Positions 13,886 through 26,243 of a stretch of DNA of 64,000 nucleotides are shown one piece after another. Source of the DNA: Lepidodermella squamata (taxonomy: Eukaryota; Animalia; Gastrotricha). The translations under genes and the position numbers were made by a program. Location of the stretch: positions 2,873,652 to 2,937,651 of the forward strand of contig JBLDXI010000002.1 of NCBI GenBank assembly GCA_047495785.1, written 5' to 3'. How positions within the stretch are numbered: the stretch's first letter is position 1; each line of letters opens with the position of its first letter. Under the pieces are notes generated by a model. That model was not told the DNA's origin, did not search any database, and saw nothing but the letters and a program-made list of their open reading frames with translations.

Positions 13886-14050
13886 GTGCCAAGTAACCGG
13901 ACCGATGTGATCACGAAATTCGCCTCTCGCTACAAGGGTCCCTATCCCGTCGTGGCTCGGGTTTCGCCTGTTACCTACGATATTCGCTTATTCGACTTAT
14001 CCGCCCATGATATCCTTGCCCTTAGCAACCGCCTCAAGTTGACCTGGTTG
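13886..14050 (+). mobile_element. Ty3/gypsy integrase GPY/F module fragment
   Basis: TKFASRYKGPYPVVARVSPVTYDI. Confidence 0.65.
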
Positions 14051-14633
14051 CGCGATTCGCGATGGTCGCATTTGACCCCCTGGTCGGCCCAGAGCGCTGC
14101 CAAGGTTACTGCGCCGGCCATTACGGCGCCTGCTTCATTTGCGTCGCGGCCGCCCGCCGCCATTGCCTGATCTTCGCCAGACACCCACCACAACACCGAC
14201 TACTACAACGACCGCAAGTACAACGCCGTCGACTACAACGCCGGTACCGCGAAAACGTACCCCAAGCACGTCAGGCTTGCCCGAATCGTTCAGAATCGCT
14301 TCACCGCCAATAAACCGGACCAGCACCGTCCACATCCGACAAAGATAACCGCCACTCGAACATCAATCAATTCAGCCCTATAATAACGTCAACGCCAGAC
14401 CACAAATTTCGAATGCAAAATACCGACCATTTTTGACGGCATCGCAGTGTTTTGCTTTCAATGAAAAATTTCATCTTGATCCAATGGCTGTATTGATCAT
14501 GCTTTGATATGATTATTCCATGTCAATTATTGATTGAAAATCACCTCTTGAATATTTGCTGTGAAACGGTTGAAAAGAACCACTTTGATTTCAAAGAAAA
14601 TACTGACTAGTTAAGATTTTGATTTTTTCTTAG

Positions 14634-15126
14634 ATGGCATCAAATATTAATGAAGCATTTAACGTTGAAGTCGAAGAAGCAGTGTTACCCCGGGCGAAAG
14701 CATTCAGTGAAAACGTCGATTTGATGCGAAGGTTGCTAGGAGACATCGTATCGAGCTCTGTGGTTGACCTGGCTGAGATTCAGTCTCGGGCGCGCGTCCT
14801 CCTTAAAATGCCGGTTTCGCTCAATTTCGTCGCTCAAAAATCCCCGTCGGAAGCTAAGAGAAAACGATCGAATGAAAGCCGTTCTGGACAGAAATCGACA
14901 GCAAAACGGAAAAAGTCGATCATCATCAAGTTTGATGGCCTCAGCTTCGATATTACCAATTCTGACGCTCTCATGGGCTTGCTGAACGCAGCTCGTACCG
15001 CTCTCATTCAGGGTCGTATCGAGACTGCTGCTGATCAAATCGAAAACTCTGCCTCCACAAATAGCCTGTTGTCGGTCAACGAAGAAGAAAACGAAGAGGA
15101 AAGCGAAGCGGAAGAAGAGGGCGAAG
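14634..15126 (+). CDS. Probable exon of an unknown protein (basic NLS-like patches, acidic tail)
   Basis: ATG directly after a ttttcttag acceptor-like site. About 165 open codons with KRKR/KRKK patches and an E-rich stretch, then a GT donor-like site near 15127. Confidence 0.45.
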
Positions 15127-15996
15127 GTTTGTTATATTTTCGTTTGATTACGATTAATCCAAACAGAAAATCCTATTCAGACCTGAATTCTTCCATCCTC
15201 CAACAGAAAACTAGCAATCACTTTAATCACTTAAGCTGGATCTTTCGTTTCGAGATATCTTTCAAATAATAAGGAATTGATAACATCAATGGAGATTCGA
15301 TAGAATTTAACTTTACATCGAAATAATATCTGACTGCTTCGTTTTTGTCTCGACGTTGTCCCTGTTCACAAAATTGAAACCCAGGCTCGGAGATATCCTC
15401 GGGTCCAAAATTGCGTACCCAGACCGGTCCGTGCTAAGAAAACCAAACCCAGGCCGGGCTTGTTAGAGTTTCCATCGAAAACGTGGCGAGCGGAAATTAA
15501 CCCATATCGGCACCGTTTTGCTGAAAAAAGGTGTACAAAATGAAAAATTTCTACCGGGCTTAGGCACGGGAACTGTACACTCAACCCACATTTACAGCGT
15601 GTCCCATAAGTTGCAAAACTAATTTTTAATTGGGCAACTTTTTGTAGGAAATTCAACCAATTTCTATGTATTAAGCTTACTGACAGAATATTTTACCTTT
15701 TATTCGCGATTTAACCGAATAAATAATAAAGTTACCGGAGAAAACCCGGAAAAACCCGATGGTAACTGGCTCGGTAATCTGCGGAATTTTACCCTGAATG
15801 GAATAACATCCCGAGAGACGTCTTCCCTAACGTTGTTAATATAGAATTTTTTAACGGTCAGATGAACAATCTAGGCCACCACTGTTAACATCTGTGTGGT
15901 GCCGAAAATATGCTATAAATAAAACAAAACCCGGTTGGACCATATTTCTCCGAACTTTTTTATCCCATTCACAAGTGGCATACTTGATTACTATCC

Positions 15997-17049
15997 CTGG
16001 GGTGTATTTTTATATTCAGCCCGGCCTGCCTGAACGCAAAAAAGCCGGGCACTGCCCATGTACATTTTTTTATTCTGCCCGCAAAGCCCGACTCGCCCGT
16101 GTCTTCCGCAGAGCATTCAGCAATTGTCACTGATTTCCGGCACTTCCCGGCCAGCCCGTAACGCCCGGCCTTTTGAGACTTAGCGAAGCCGGGCGATGAA
16201 GCAAAAAGTAAATAGGCACGCGATTTCACAGAATAAAATGGACAAAAAATCATATGAATAATACCGCGACGACTTTATAACTTGACCCGCGATGAATCAT
16301 CAAAGCTACCTAGCTGTGATCGCTTGGTGATCAACGTATGCCGCATTCAAATTTGCGATGAATTAATATTCCGGGGGTACGAATAAGGGCTAATAACGCG
16401 GTGATCGTTATTCGAGGGTGATAAATTGAAAGCGCCAGTCAAGATCCCAACCGAGCCAAAGTTTGATCGTCTTTTATCTTACACGAATTGCAGCAAAATG
16501 GGCAGATTTATGAATTTTAGTATCGTCAAAATCCGAAATTCCGCCCTAAAAATCCGAAAGAAAGAAAGAAACCGACTGGGTTGTTATTAGACGAACACTC
16601 AACATCGCCGTACTCGATTTACTCATCTCCACTCGTCTTCGACTCGTTCAGATATAGACTCTTTACTCGTGCTATATCATACAAATAGGATAGTTGATAC
16701 CAAAATTGATATCAAAGATGATATTCACAGCGTTAGAAACAGCGTCTACACACCCGCCAACTTTTCTCCCGCAATCACCCAATAACATTCAATAGTAATT
16801 ATTCCGCGTTTCCCCACTGTCCCGCGGGAGAGTTGGGCTGTATTGCTGAATGCATTCGGGCGCCCGCGTTTCCTAGATTTTTTATTGCTTTTTTCTTGCG
16901 ATTCCCAGAAAATCCTAGCTCATCCGCAAAAAACACGGGCGAATAAAAAATGTGCTCATTGCCCGCCCAGCCCAGATTTTTTTTATTTTTTTTCCCGGGA
17001 AATCCGGCGGGCTGCCCCGGGCAAGGCGGAAATAAAAAATACACCCCTG
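15997..17049. mobile_element. Possible hAT-like non-autonomous element or a pair of MITE ends in inverted orientation
   Basis: ctggggtgtatttttatattc at 15997 is the inverted counterpart of gaaataaaaaatacacccctg ending 17049, both with ccggg-rich subtermini. No 8-bp TSD is visible. Confidence 0.4.
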
Positions 17050-17310
17050 TGATTTTTTTATTTGTGTACAATTTTTTGGCCATTAGATGTGACTTCGTCT
17101 CAATTTTAGAGTTTCTGAACCCTGTTCCGTGTATTTTTCTTTGCTTGCGTTACTTATGGGACACGCTGTACTTCAGATTTGTTAATTGTCAACATGGCTG
17201 TTTGTTACAACGGTGTCGGTATGGAATTTCGAACATTTTTACCGGCCAGCAACAACAACAGTCGCAAATACCTCTCACATTTTCCTTCATACTATTAATA
17301 TTTATTTTAG

Positions 17311-17687
17311 GAGATGCTACAGAGTCAGGCGATGTCGATTCTGGCCGCGAAGCTCTTGTTGCCGAAACGCTCATCGTGCTTCAGCAACAGCATACATTTG
17401 CAGCGAGCAAGCTGAAGCAAGCTTTCGAAGTCGGCTGCCATCTGCAATCTATCAAAAGGACTTTCCCTGATTCAGCTAAAGGTTTTTACCCATTTTGCTT
17501 ACAAAAGTTCGGCCTTAAGAAAACTAGGATATACCAATACACTCTATTTTCTGATTTCTACTCCAATTTTCAAAGATTGCTGTCTTTACCCCTGAATATG
17601 GAAATTATGCTCGATCTGATAAAGCCATTGAAAAAAATCAGGGAGACCGAAGCCTTCAAAAGTTGGTACGAGACCCAGCTACCTTAA
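17311..17687 (+). CDS. Probable terminal exon of an unknown helical protein
   Basis: Follows a tattttag acceptor and is open to a stop. Contains AFEVGCHLQSIK...FYPFCLQKFGLKKTRIYQY. Confidence 0.4.
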
Positions 17688-18544
17688 CACTGCTCACCTT
17701 TTTTACTCGATTGTTGATTCTCAAATGGCGTGACATTATTACTCATCGTTTCTTGTATTCATGCTTATATTTTGGTTAAAGCGCCTTCGACATCGCTCAA
17801 AATTGGATTGTATTCTTCGAAAATTTGCGTATACTCCTCTTATGAAATTAGAGATGAAGTATGATTGATGAAAAATGAAATTTCGAGTGAAGGCTTTACA
17901 TCTTCTGTTGCTTAATGTTTTGCCGACGATACCAAATTTCACACAATAGTTCATTCCATTGATGACTGTATTCTGTATTGCTCTTCAAGCTAGCGTTTGT
18001 GCGGCTAAAATTCCTATCTCATAGAGTGTTAATGATCAAAAGGTGTGAACATAAAGTATTATTTTTTGCTTGCAATTTGTTCGAGTCATCACAATTTTTT
18101 GTCGTGATTGAATAATTTTTTGCGCTGCATATACCACTTCTGGTGCCCTATTCGTATTCGTGCCATGGAGTTGAGCCTTTTCTGTGTGGAAAAAAATCGA
18201 GAAAATCCACGGGAGTAGAGATAGGACTTCTGATTCCTGGTGAATGCGGTTTTTAGTATATTGGCAGGCATAACAAATTATTTTTGCCGCGCTAAAGATG
18301 ACTTTTTTTTAATTGAAGTACCTTTCAAGTCGTTGATCAATGAGAAATAAGCAGGAATGAATAAATGGATTGTGATATTTTTCTTTTGTCGGGTTTGGAG
18401 ATATATATTGACGGGCCGGGTCAAGCCTCGATTTTTGGACCAGCGGACATCGCTGGTCTAACAGCTTTCCAAGAAATGCATTGTGATGAGGATTGTCAAA
18501 GGGCCGGTCAAATTTGACTAAAAAAATCGGCGATGAGATTCTTA

Positions 18545-18630
18545 CTGTGGTCCTCAACCCAGCTTTTTCCGGCCGCATGTGGCCGGCGGGGCCCAAGCCC
18601 GACGCTTTTCCATAAAGCCCCATTTTAATA
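18545..18630 (+). mobile_element. Left-end fragment of the same hAT MITE family
   Basis: ctgtggtcctcaacc...ttccggccgcatgtggccggcggggccca resembles the left end of the 19315 element. A related end starts at 27247 (cagtgatttgcaagcc...tcggccgcaagtggccggc). Confidence 0.5.
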
Positions 18631-19314
18631 GAAAAATTCTAAAAATTTCCTTGCTTCAATAGCTGATTTCATGCTCTTTAGCTGAATTCTCCTCTATCAC
18701 TCTCTGATATTGACTTTATTGAAAATGTGCAAGTTGAATTGACGAAGCGTTTGTTGTACTCTGGAAAAAATGTTTATCTTGATAACGGTTTCAACTACGA
18801 AGATAGACTGCAAAAATTGGGTCTCTAGAATCTTGAAGAACATCGCCTGATTCGAAACTTGACTATGTGCCATAGAATGTGCTAAAAGCGTTGGACCTTG
18901 ATTTTTCCAATTTTTTACTATTTCTACGTTGTTATCTTTCTTCGGTAGTGACGCGCCTAAACATTTGTTACTTAAAATAACACACATTATTTCTGATTGA
19001 AATGATATCTCGCCACTGCTGATCGCGAAGATTAAATATTGAAGATTGAAGAAAATACTGATAATATCTCAATGTCTTTTTTCATAGTTGCCTGACTTAC
19101 GTAAAAGCACCCGTTATTGCGCACTTCTTGAGAATAATGCCCGCTGCTCTTGAAGAAAACAGCGAATCGCGATCACCACCTTGCGGCTCAATGCTAAATC
19201 CGGCTGTTCGGTAATAGCTGAAAGTCCCATTTCGATATTATCACCCGCCGCTCATTCAACATTCCGTTATCAGTTAGTGCCGATTTAAACTTGAAAATGA
19301 TGATGAGCTTGGCA

Positions 19315-19758
19315 CAGTGGGCACAGTTCTGAAACCCCGTTTTTTCGGCCACACGCGGCCGGCGAGGCCCACTTTGGCGACCGGCAGAGGTCCGCCTATC
19401 TCTTGCTTTGCGTGCGGCCGGCCGGCTCGTTCGAGGGTAATAGTCCCGGGTTTCACATAATTTGTGCACATTTCCAGCAAAATTCAATGTAAATGAATGA
19501 TGAATAGCCACAATTTTCTGAAAAATTTCTCGCTGAATATGATATCATAATTGAGCCATTCCATAGTTCATAAATTCAAGCTGTTTTTGGCGTCTATATC
19601 AGCTGCATCATTGGGTTTTTCGGACATTCTTGTAGGCCGAAATATTCCTATTTTATCATTATCAGCGCCGGTTGAGGTTTCAAGAGGCAATGCGGCCGGA
19701 AAGCTCGCCGGCCGGCCGCCATTTTTGACCAGGAGCGAAAATAGTTGGAGAATCACTG
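19315..19758. mobile_element. hAT-superfamily MITE with 8-bp target-site duplication
   Basis: Begins cagtgg, ends ggagaatcactg, and is flanked on both sides by GCTTGGCA (19307-19314 and 19759-19766). Subtermini are ggccgg-rich. Confidence 0.85.
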
Positions 19759-20414
19759 GCTTGGCACATCAAATCTGAATGTCCCTCCCCCTTATTTTTC
19801 CTTTGCAAAAATTATCCATAAATTCGGGAAAACAAGGAAAATCGAATTGTAAGTCGTAGTGCTTTCAAACAAGCAGTATTACACGCCGGTTCTCGAGTTA
19901 CTCAGTATAAGCCATTATTCTGCAATAAAATAGAGGTTTTCTTGTAATCATAAGTTGATCCTTTGCAATTTTCCCTAGTTTTCTTCAGTCTGTTTATTTC
20001 AAGTTATTTTCATTTTATGTTTTTAAGGAGGGGTTGATATGCTGCTAATCACGCTGTGGTGCTCATTGGTCATCAAGATGGAACCTTGAGTTCCGAATTC
20101 GTCGCAGACGTGCCGTGGCTGGGATTTGACTTCGGCTCGAAACGTGCTTGAAAATGGCAAGGAAACCTCACAAAATCCGGCGATTTCGGCCCACACGACT
20201 GGCTTGTTTGCGTCACGTTAGTTGAACTGAATTTCTCACACTTTGATTTTTCTATTTTTCTAACCAATAGATTAATTGGCCATTTGTTCAAAAATCATCT
20301 TGTGGATACTGTTTGTGAAGCTCATTAAGAATTAGGAAACTATTTAAGCCTTACTATGTATTGCTGGAAACAATATTCGCCATTTTATTTTGAAGGTTAT
20401 TGATATTATATTTG

Positions 20415-22001
20415 ATGCCACCTCGCAAACGAAAAAATGTTGACCCAATCGAAGATGCTCCGCCGACTGAAACTCGAAATTGCGACCAACTCACGAACGA
20501 GCTGTTATTCTCGTTACCGACTCAGATGACTAGGCAAATTTTCCTCTACCTGAGAAATCGAGACTTATTTCTACGCTGCTCACTCGTTTGCAAACAGTAG
20601 GCAATTTTTAATTCGGCGATTCTTTGCTAATATGTTTGATATAGGTGGAAAGAATATCTTGATTGTGACTTCTTTTGGGAGGGTTTCATCCAACGAGAAT
20701 TTCCGGCCGATAGATGCAGGCTATTTCTGTGTGATAAGGAAGCTCTTCATCGATTTCAGTACGACCTGAAAACCAAGGCAATTTTCCGGGCTAGAAACCC
20801 TTTAATACGCGATGTGCCGATATACGTGCCCAATTATCGGGCTGGCCATACAGCTCCACCTCGGAGAGTCGACCCTGAGGCTGATGATAAACTTAGACGG
20901 AAGTCAAAAGTTGGCTTGGATGAATTTTTAAGAGCTGTACCGGTTGCAATCCCGGAAATCATGGAACCTGAATGTAATTTCTCCAAATGCCCGACTTCGT
21001 TCGAGAAAAATTGGTGTTGTAGCTGCTGGCTTCTAAAACTGCCAGTTGGAAGCCTACCGGTAAGCTAGAGTCGAATTAGCCACTTTTTTTCAGGAAATTT
21101 TCTTAGGCTTTTGACATCTTGCGGATTCCGATCCAAATGTTCGTGAAATGGGCAGAGGGCACTCATCGATCTGTTCTTTTTCTCGATTCCGAGCTACAGA
21201 TCATCCACACTTTTGAGGTGGTGTTGCTAACTATTCGTCGCATACATTACATTCAAGTTTCATTCCTATTTTATAGTTCCAACCAGCAGACGATGATTGC
21301 AATACGATTAAAATCGTTATGGTGGACGAGTACCCTGCCGGCGTAAGGTATTTAGCCTCGAATTCCGAGCTTCTTGGTCTCGAAATCCGTGCCGTCTTTC
21401 CGAGCTTATTTAAAGCTAACAAACTTGTAAGTATTCATTTATTTATTTGGCAAAAAGGTGTAAGAGGAAATGACAGACATTTGAATTCCTTTTATTTATT
21501 GGCGTTTCAGTTTTAAAATTTAAAATTTAAAATTCAAATTGTGTACACTTTCCCGCGACTGAGCGTCTGTGTACCGTTTCGGGTTTTGAGGAGGGCGAAG
21601 ACGAGGCAAACCAAAAGAATCAGTCACCCGCCCTCACGTCCGAGAGTAAATTTTATTAATTTTTTTAGTTTTTAGGTTATGAATTTGGGCCTAAGTATCT
21701 GCCAGAAGAACATCGAGCAAGTCAAAGCGGTTTTTGAGCAAGATCCCGATCTGCTGCGAGGCACTAAAGTCGAAAAACCAGTGTACGTTGATCATTGTGA
21801 CGATCCAGAGACGTACCATCACTACGAGGGCCCAATGATGCACGCCCTTCGTCGTGTCGTGATAATCGGCAAATCATCAAAATTCTGCTGCAGAATGGAG
21901 CTCCGTTTGACCCGAGTTTCCTGACCTATGCGTTGAAATACAACCTCCGAAATGTCGTGAGAATGCTCGTGAAACGTGGTGTTGACCCGATTATGCCGTA
22001 G
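20415..22001 (+). CDS. Multi-exon F-box protein with C-terminal ankyrin repeats; possibly a pseudogene (frameshift at about 21851-21860)
   Basis: LPTQMTRQIFLYLRNRDLFLRCSLVCKQ|WK is restored by splicing a 48-nt GT-AG intron (20597-20644). Later exons give IIKILLQNGA...LTYALKYNLRNVVRMLVKRGVDP. Confidence 0.7.
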
Positions 22002-22463
22002 ATAATATAGATTATGTCGTGATTATTTACAGTATTTTCGTATTATTTTGGTTATGGTTGCACGGCCCGACCTATGAAATGACGAAGATATATTGCTGAC
22101 ACGCTTAGGTGTAGCACGCTTCTTGACTTGCCAATCCTTCTTATAGGCTGGCCGGTTTTTAAAAGAAATGATACAGACCGTGTTATTTTAAGGTTGATGT
22201 TTTCATGTCTTCATGTCGTTCAAAAAATTGAAGTAAAACTGTCTACTGTCTAGGAACTGGTCGGCTCTTAAAAAGGAATAAAAAGCACGTCTTGTTATTT
22301 GTACTTTACTATTTCGTTCAAAATGGATGTTGAAATCTTGTGAAAAATAGTATTACTAACTGCTCATGAATGTTTCGATCTTCGGTGCTTCTGACGAAAC
22401 AAATAAAAGTTTTTCATAATTATTTCCGTCTTTTTTGCGTAGAGAAGTTGAATCATTATTGAA

Positions 22464-22798
22464 ATGCGAAATCAGAAGAGGAACTTGCCCAGGTTCGGAT
22501 TTTTCATTTTGAAATGTAAAACTGCTATGGCTGTTCTATTCCACTTCAGAGAGTTGTTGACGACCTATAACAAATTGGCTGATCATTGTTTCAGCGACTG
22601 CATTCACGATTTTACGAAACCAATGAAGAGGTATAATTTTGATACAAGTTGAAAATTTCGATTAAAAACTGGTTGTTTTTAGGAAAGTTGTGCGATAACT
22701 TGTATAGAAAAATACCGCAAGGCAACCCAGAGAATAGGACTGCGGTTCCAACAGCACCAAATGACTTTATATGGGAATGCTCTGGCAGCTCAAGATAA
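22464..22798 (+). pseudogene. TIMM9: Small Tim chaperone (Tim9-like) pseudogene
   Basis: FRELLTTYNKLADHCFSDCIHDFT and ESCAITCIEKYRKATQRIGLRFQQHQ carry the twin CX3C motif. The acceptor before 22545 reads cac, not cag, and the inter-motif loop is shortened and out of frame. Confidence 0.75.
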
Positions 22799-22834
22799 AA
22801 AATGAAGTGTCGGAGCTGTGTCACGAGAATTAGC

Positions 22835-23295
22835 CCTCGAAGTTTACGTACCACCCTCGATCAAAAACGCGGATGAAATTTCGAAATCATCGTGAATAAC
22901 ACGATGGAATTCAACTGCGACGCCGAGGGCTTCCCATCGCCGAAAATCAGCTGGTTCAAAAACGACCGGCCCTGGCTTGGAACAACGACGTCACCCTGGC
23001 GCCCAGCCTAGTCGACGGCCGCCGGTTGAAAATCAGCCGAGTCGCCCGACCTACGGCGATTTATGCCTGTCGCCGCTAACGCCGCTGGTCGGCTGGTTAA
23101 GCTGTTCAAACTCGACGTCCTAGTCCCGCCTGTTATCGACTCGATCGCAGTTGTGAAAAATGTGATGGTTATTGTCAATAATTCCGCTGTACTGCGATGC
23201 CCGGCTTCTGGTCACCCGCCGCCTGAAATTGTTTGGTACAAGAACGATGAAGTGCTGGACCAGGCGACGGATCCGAATATCAAATGGAGTGCGGA
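22835..23295 (+). pseudogene. Fragment of tandem I-set Ig domains (hemicentin-like)
   Basis: VPPSI...MEFNCDAEGFPSPKISWFKN...A.NAAG...LDVLVPPVI...LRCPASGHPPPEIVWYKN, with frameshifts, cut off by the LINE. Confidence 0.75.
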
Positions 23296-24040
23296 CTTCC
23301 TTCACCGACCGCGAATTCAGCTGCCGGGTAGGCAACGGCCATAGTAGCGTACGGCAAATCACCGGCGGTGTCCCGCAAGGTTCACCACTGAGCCCGATAC
23401 TGTACTTTCTGTATACGGCCGACCTACCGCGGGACCTGCCGAAATCGGTGTCTAACTGCCTTTTCGCCGATGATATTGCACTTATCTCAAAAAGCAAGAA
23501 AGGCGAGGTCGCCCGCGCCAACCTTAACGAAGGCATGTCGAAAGTTTCGGCTTACTTCAAGAAATGGCGGCTGAAAGCGAATGCCGGAAAGAGCCAAGCG
23601 ATTCGAATTTCGAACACGTCAAACCCCCCGAGTCAGCTATTGAGTTGGATGACACAGAGTTGAAATGGCACAACGAGGTGAAATACCTGGGTGTGACAAT
23701 TGACTCGAAGCTGCTATTCAAAAAGCAAATCGACTTGGCTATCGCAAAGGCGGCGCAGCGTTTCGTGGCACTGCATGCCGTCTGTAGGAGAAGTTTCGGC
23801 CTAAGCAAAGAAGCGGCCGTAACAGTCTACAAAGCCTGCATAAGAAGCGTGCTAATATTCGGCAGCCTTGCTTGGGTCGGTATCAATGGCTCGCCTCAAA
23901 ACAAACTCGTGATACAAAACCAAGCTCTCAGAATTGCCCTGCGCCTTCCGCCGTGGCACAATACCGATGACCTTCGCAAACGGGCCGGTATCGAATCTAT
24001 TTATTTCGGTCAGAGTTCGCTTAAGCCCGAACCCTAGCAC
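23290..24040 (+). mobile_element. 5'-truncated non-LTR retrotransposon (Jockey/I-group-like) reverse transcriptase
   Basis: GVPQGSPLSPILY, LFADDIAL, WRLKANAGKSQ, VKYLGVTIDSKL and YKACIRSVL motifs, with frameshifts. Confidence 0.9.
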
Positions 24041-24329
24041 TCCGTTTCGTGATGCTAGGGCGGGGCCTTAAACAAGTCCTTCCGGCGTCGCTCTGGATTC
24101 GGTTCTGAGATCGTTGACCAGTCTAGGTTACAATCCTTGGATGCCCGGCCCTAGATGATCTGCTTTTAGAGCATTCAGCGACGACCCTATAAAGTCCGCT
24201 TGGCGCCAAGTTGAGTGTGCTAAGGACGACTCGGAGGATACGATCAGGTTTTATTGTTGAATGATGATTCTTCAGCTTAATTTGCTCAAAACTTTCACTG
24301 AAAAGACTGGACTTTGAACCATGAAATTA

Positions 24330-24433
24330 AGGCCGCATCCGATTAAAGACCGCACCCAAATAATCGCCGCGTTTTTAGGCCGTTTTCAAATTCAGGAAAA
24401 TAGTCGCCGCGGCCCTTATTCGAAAAAATACGG
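24330..24433. mobile_element. Right end of a pogo/Tc2-like MITE
   Basis: ttattcgaaaaaatacgg|ta terminus related to the 11915 element, with gccgc subterminal repeats. Confidence 0.5.
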
Positions 24434-24769
24434 TATATAAATTTTGAATTATTTTTTATTGACTTCGAATGTTTGACCTGATTTTTGTTTTTTTGTTAAT
24501 ATCTTCGTTTCAAAAAAATATTTTCAATCGTATTAAAAAATCGCTAAAATCAGGTAAATTCAAAAGAAATTCAAAATCTGGAATTCATTGAGGTGGATTT
24601 TTCATTAATTTCGCGTTATGTTTCTCATTATAGTACCGCCAAGAATCGAGCGATCTGCGATTAAAACGGTGGTCCAGGTTGTTGTTAACCGATCAACGAA
24701 TGTTTCGCATCCGGTATTCCGCTGCCAACTATCTCGTGGTTCTGCAGCCATTTTACCTGACAGAAGCCC

Positions 24770-24950
24770 TCGCAAGAGAAAAGGTGGCAAGGTTCGGACG
24801 AAGCGGTATATCGGGCCGTATTGCATCGTGAAACTGGTCAACGACGGCCGAAATGCGGTGCTGGCGCGAGTCGACCCCGTCAACGTGGAAAGTAAGAAGA
24901 CGGTGAGCTACAAGTCTCCTGTTCTACAACTCAAACATTACGTTGCCAAA
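24770..24950 (+). mobile_element. Ty3/gypsy or Ginger-type integrase GPY/F module fragment
   Basis: RKGGKVRTKRYIGPYCIVKL...LQLKHY. Confidence 0.5.
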
Positions 24951-25090
24951 GGTAAATTGTTAAATTAGGAATTAATTAGACCTAGATTGTTTAGATTCGC
25001 TCTAGGTTAGGAATATTATGTTTTGTTTGGATGGTCATTTTTTAGAAATTTGACATACAATACATTCGCCATTTTTGAGGTGCTAATATA

Positions 25091-25233
25091 CCGTATTTGT
25101 TCCACTGGTAGTAGCCCAGGGTTGAGGGGTCAACTCGGTTCGAAAACATCAATAATAAACGATTCGCCAATTTTTTCAAATTTTCAAATTTTTGAAATTT
25201 TAGCAGTCCGGGCTGCTATATAAAAAAATACGG
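25091..25233. mobile_element. Short pogo/Tc2-like MITE
   Basis: ta|ccgtattt ... aaatacgg|ta, with inner inverted motifs tagtagccc and gggctgcta. Confidence 0.65.
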
Positions 25234-26014
25234 TATAACCAAAAAAACCGCGCTTTATGAATACCGTAAAAACTGAAATTGGGTCCTAGGTCTATAATAG
25301 TGCCTCGCCTAGTCTAAGCCCCCAGTCTGAGCGATGATTGAACTAATAATATCTTAGGCCTAAATTAGTGTCTTGGTTTCTTAATAATTTTTTTGCACTT
25401 CTCACATGACTGAAAAATATCAATTGCATTTCCGAATCCTTCTTAGCAAAAATTCAATTAAATTGATGCGAAGCTCAAATCTGATCTGGTGAGAATAAAT
25501 GCCTGTTAGTTGAGATGATTTGTCATCATTTCTCGTCAGAAAAATGCCCCGATGTTGTTGATAACCGAGGAAGATTCCGAGGGAAATGAAAACGTTCTCT
25601 ACGAAGAGGACATTTGACTGTTGTTTCATTTTTGAACGCTTTTCCAAATTAATTTTGAATCTCATGAAGATATATTCAAATAAATAGTACCACATTGCCT
25701 CATTTTTTTAGGACAAAGCAGCAAACTCGTTGCTCGTCTACTGGAATGCGAAGCTGAGGAAAAGCGAAGCCTCAGCTTAGACGTGGAGTCTCCTGAACCG
25801 CCTGCGACAACAGCGCCTGCGAAATCGGAAAAAAACCTCGAGGGAGCCGCGACAAAAATCGATGAAGAAGCCAGCTGTTACATCGATCGCCTTAAAATCC
25901 GGGTTGAAAACGGCCTTTCTCTCAAATCGCCAGCATCGCCTACATTGCCAATCGCCGAATCGCCCGTTTTACACTAAACCGGTGGAGGGTTCAGGCGACA
26001 ATGCGGCCAGAAAG

Positions 26015-26067
26015 GTGCATCCGGTCGCAATCTTTGGCTGGGTGCGAAAATAGTTTGAGAACCACTG
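26015..26067. mobile_element. Right-end fragment of a hAT (Charlie-like) MITE
   Basis: gcgaaaatagtttgagaaccactg (reverse complement CAGTGGTTCTCAAAC) closely matches the right end at 19735-19758. Confidence 0.6.
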
Positions 26068-26180
26068 CTTTATTTCACTCGCCCATTTAGCGCACAACAT
26101 TTCCGTTACGCAGGTCATAATAACGAATAATTATTCGTCGCTTTTTGATTACTCGCAAAGTGAGCGAGTTTTTAACGGAC

Positions 26181-26243
26181 GCGTGCGGGTCAAAGTCCAC
26201 AGCGTTCAGTCGGACTGAACGCTGTGGACTTTGACCCGCACGC
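26181..26243. repeat. Perfect 63-bp palindrome (31-bp arms, 1-nt centre)
   Basis: gcgtgcgggtcaaagtccacagcgttcagtc-g-gactgaacgctgtggactttgacccgcacgc. Confidence 0.95.
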
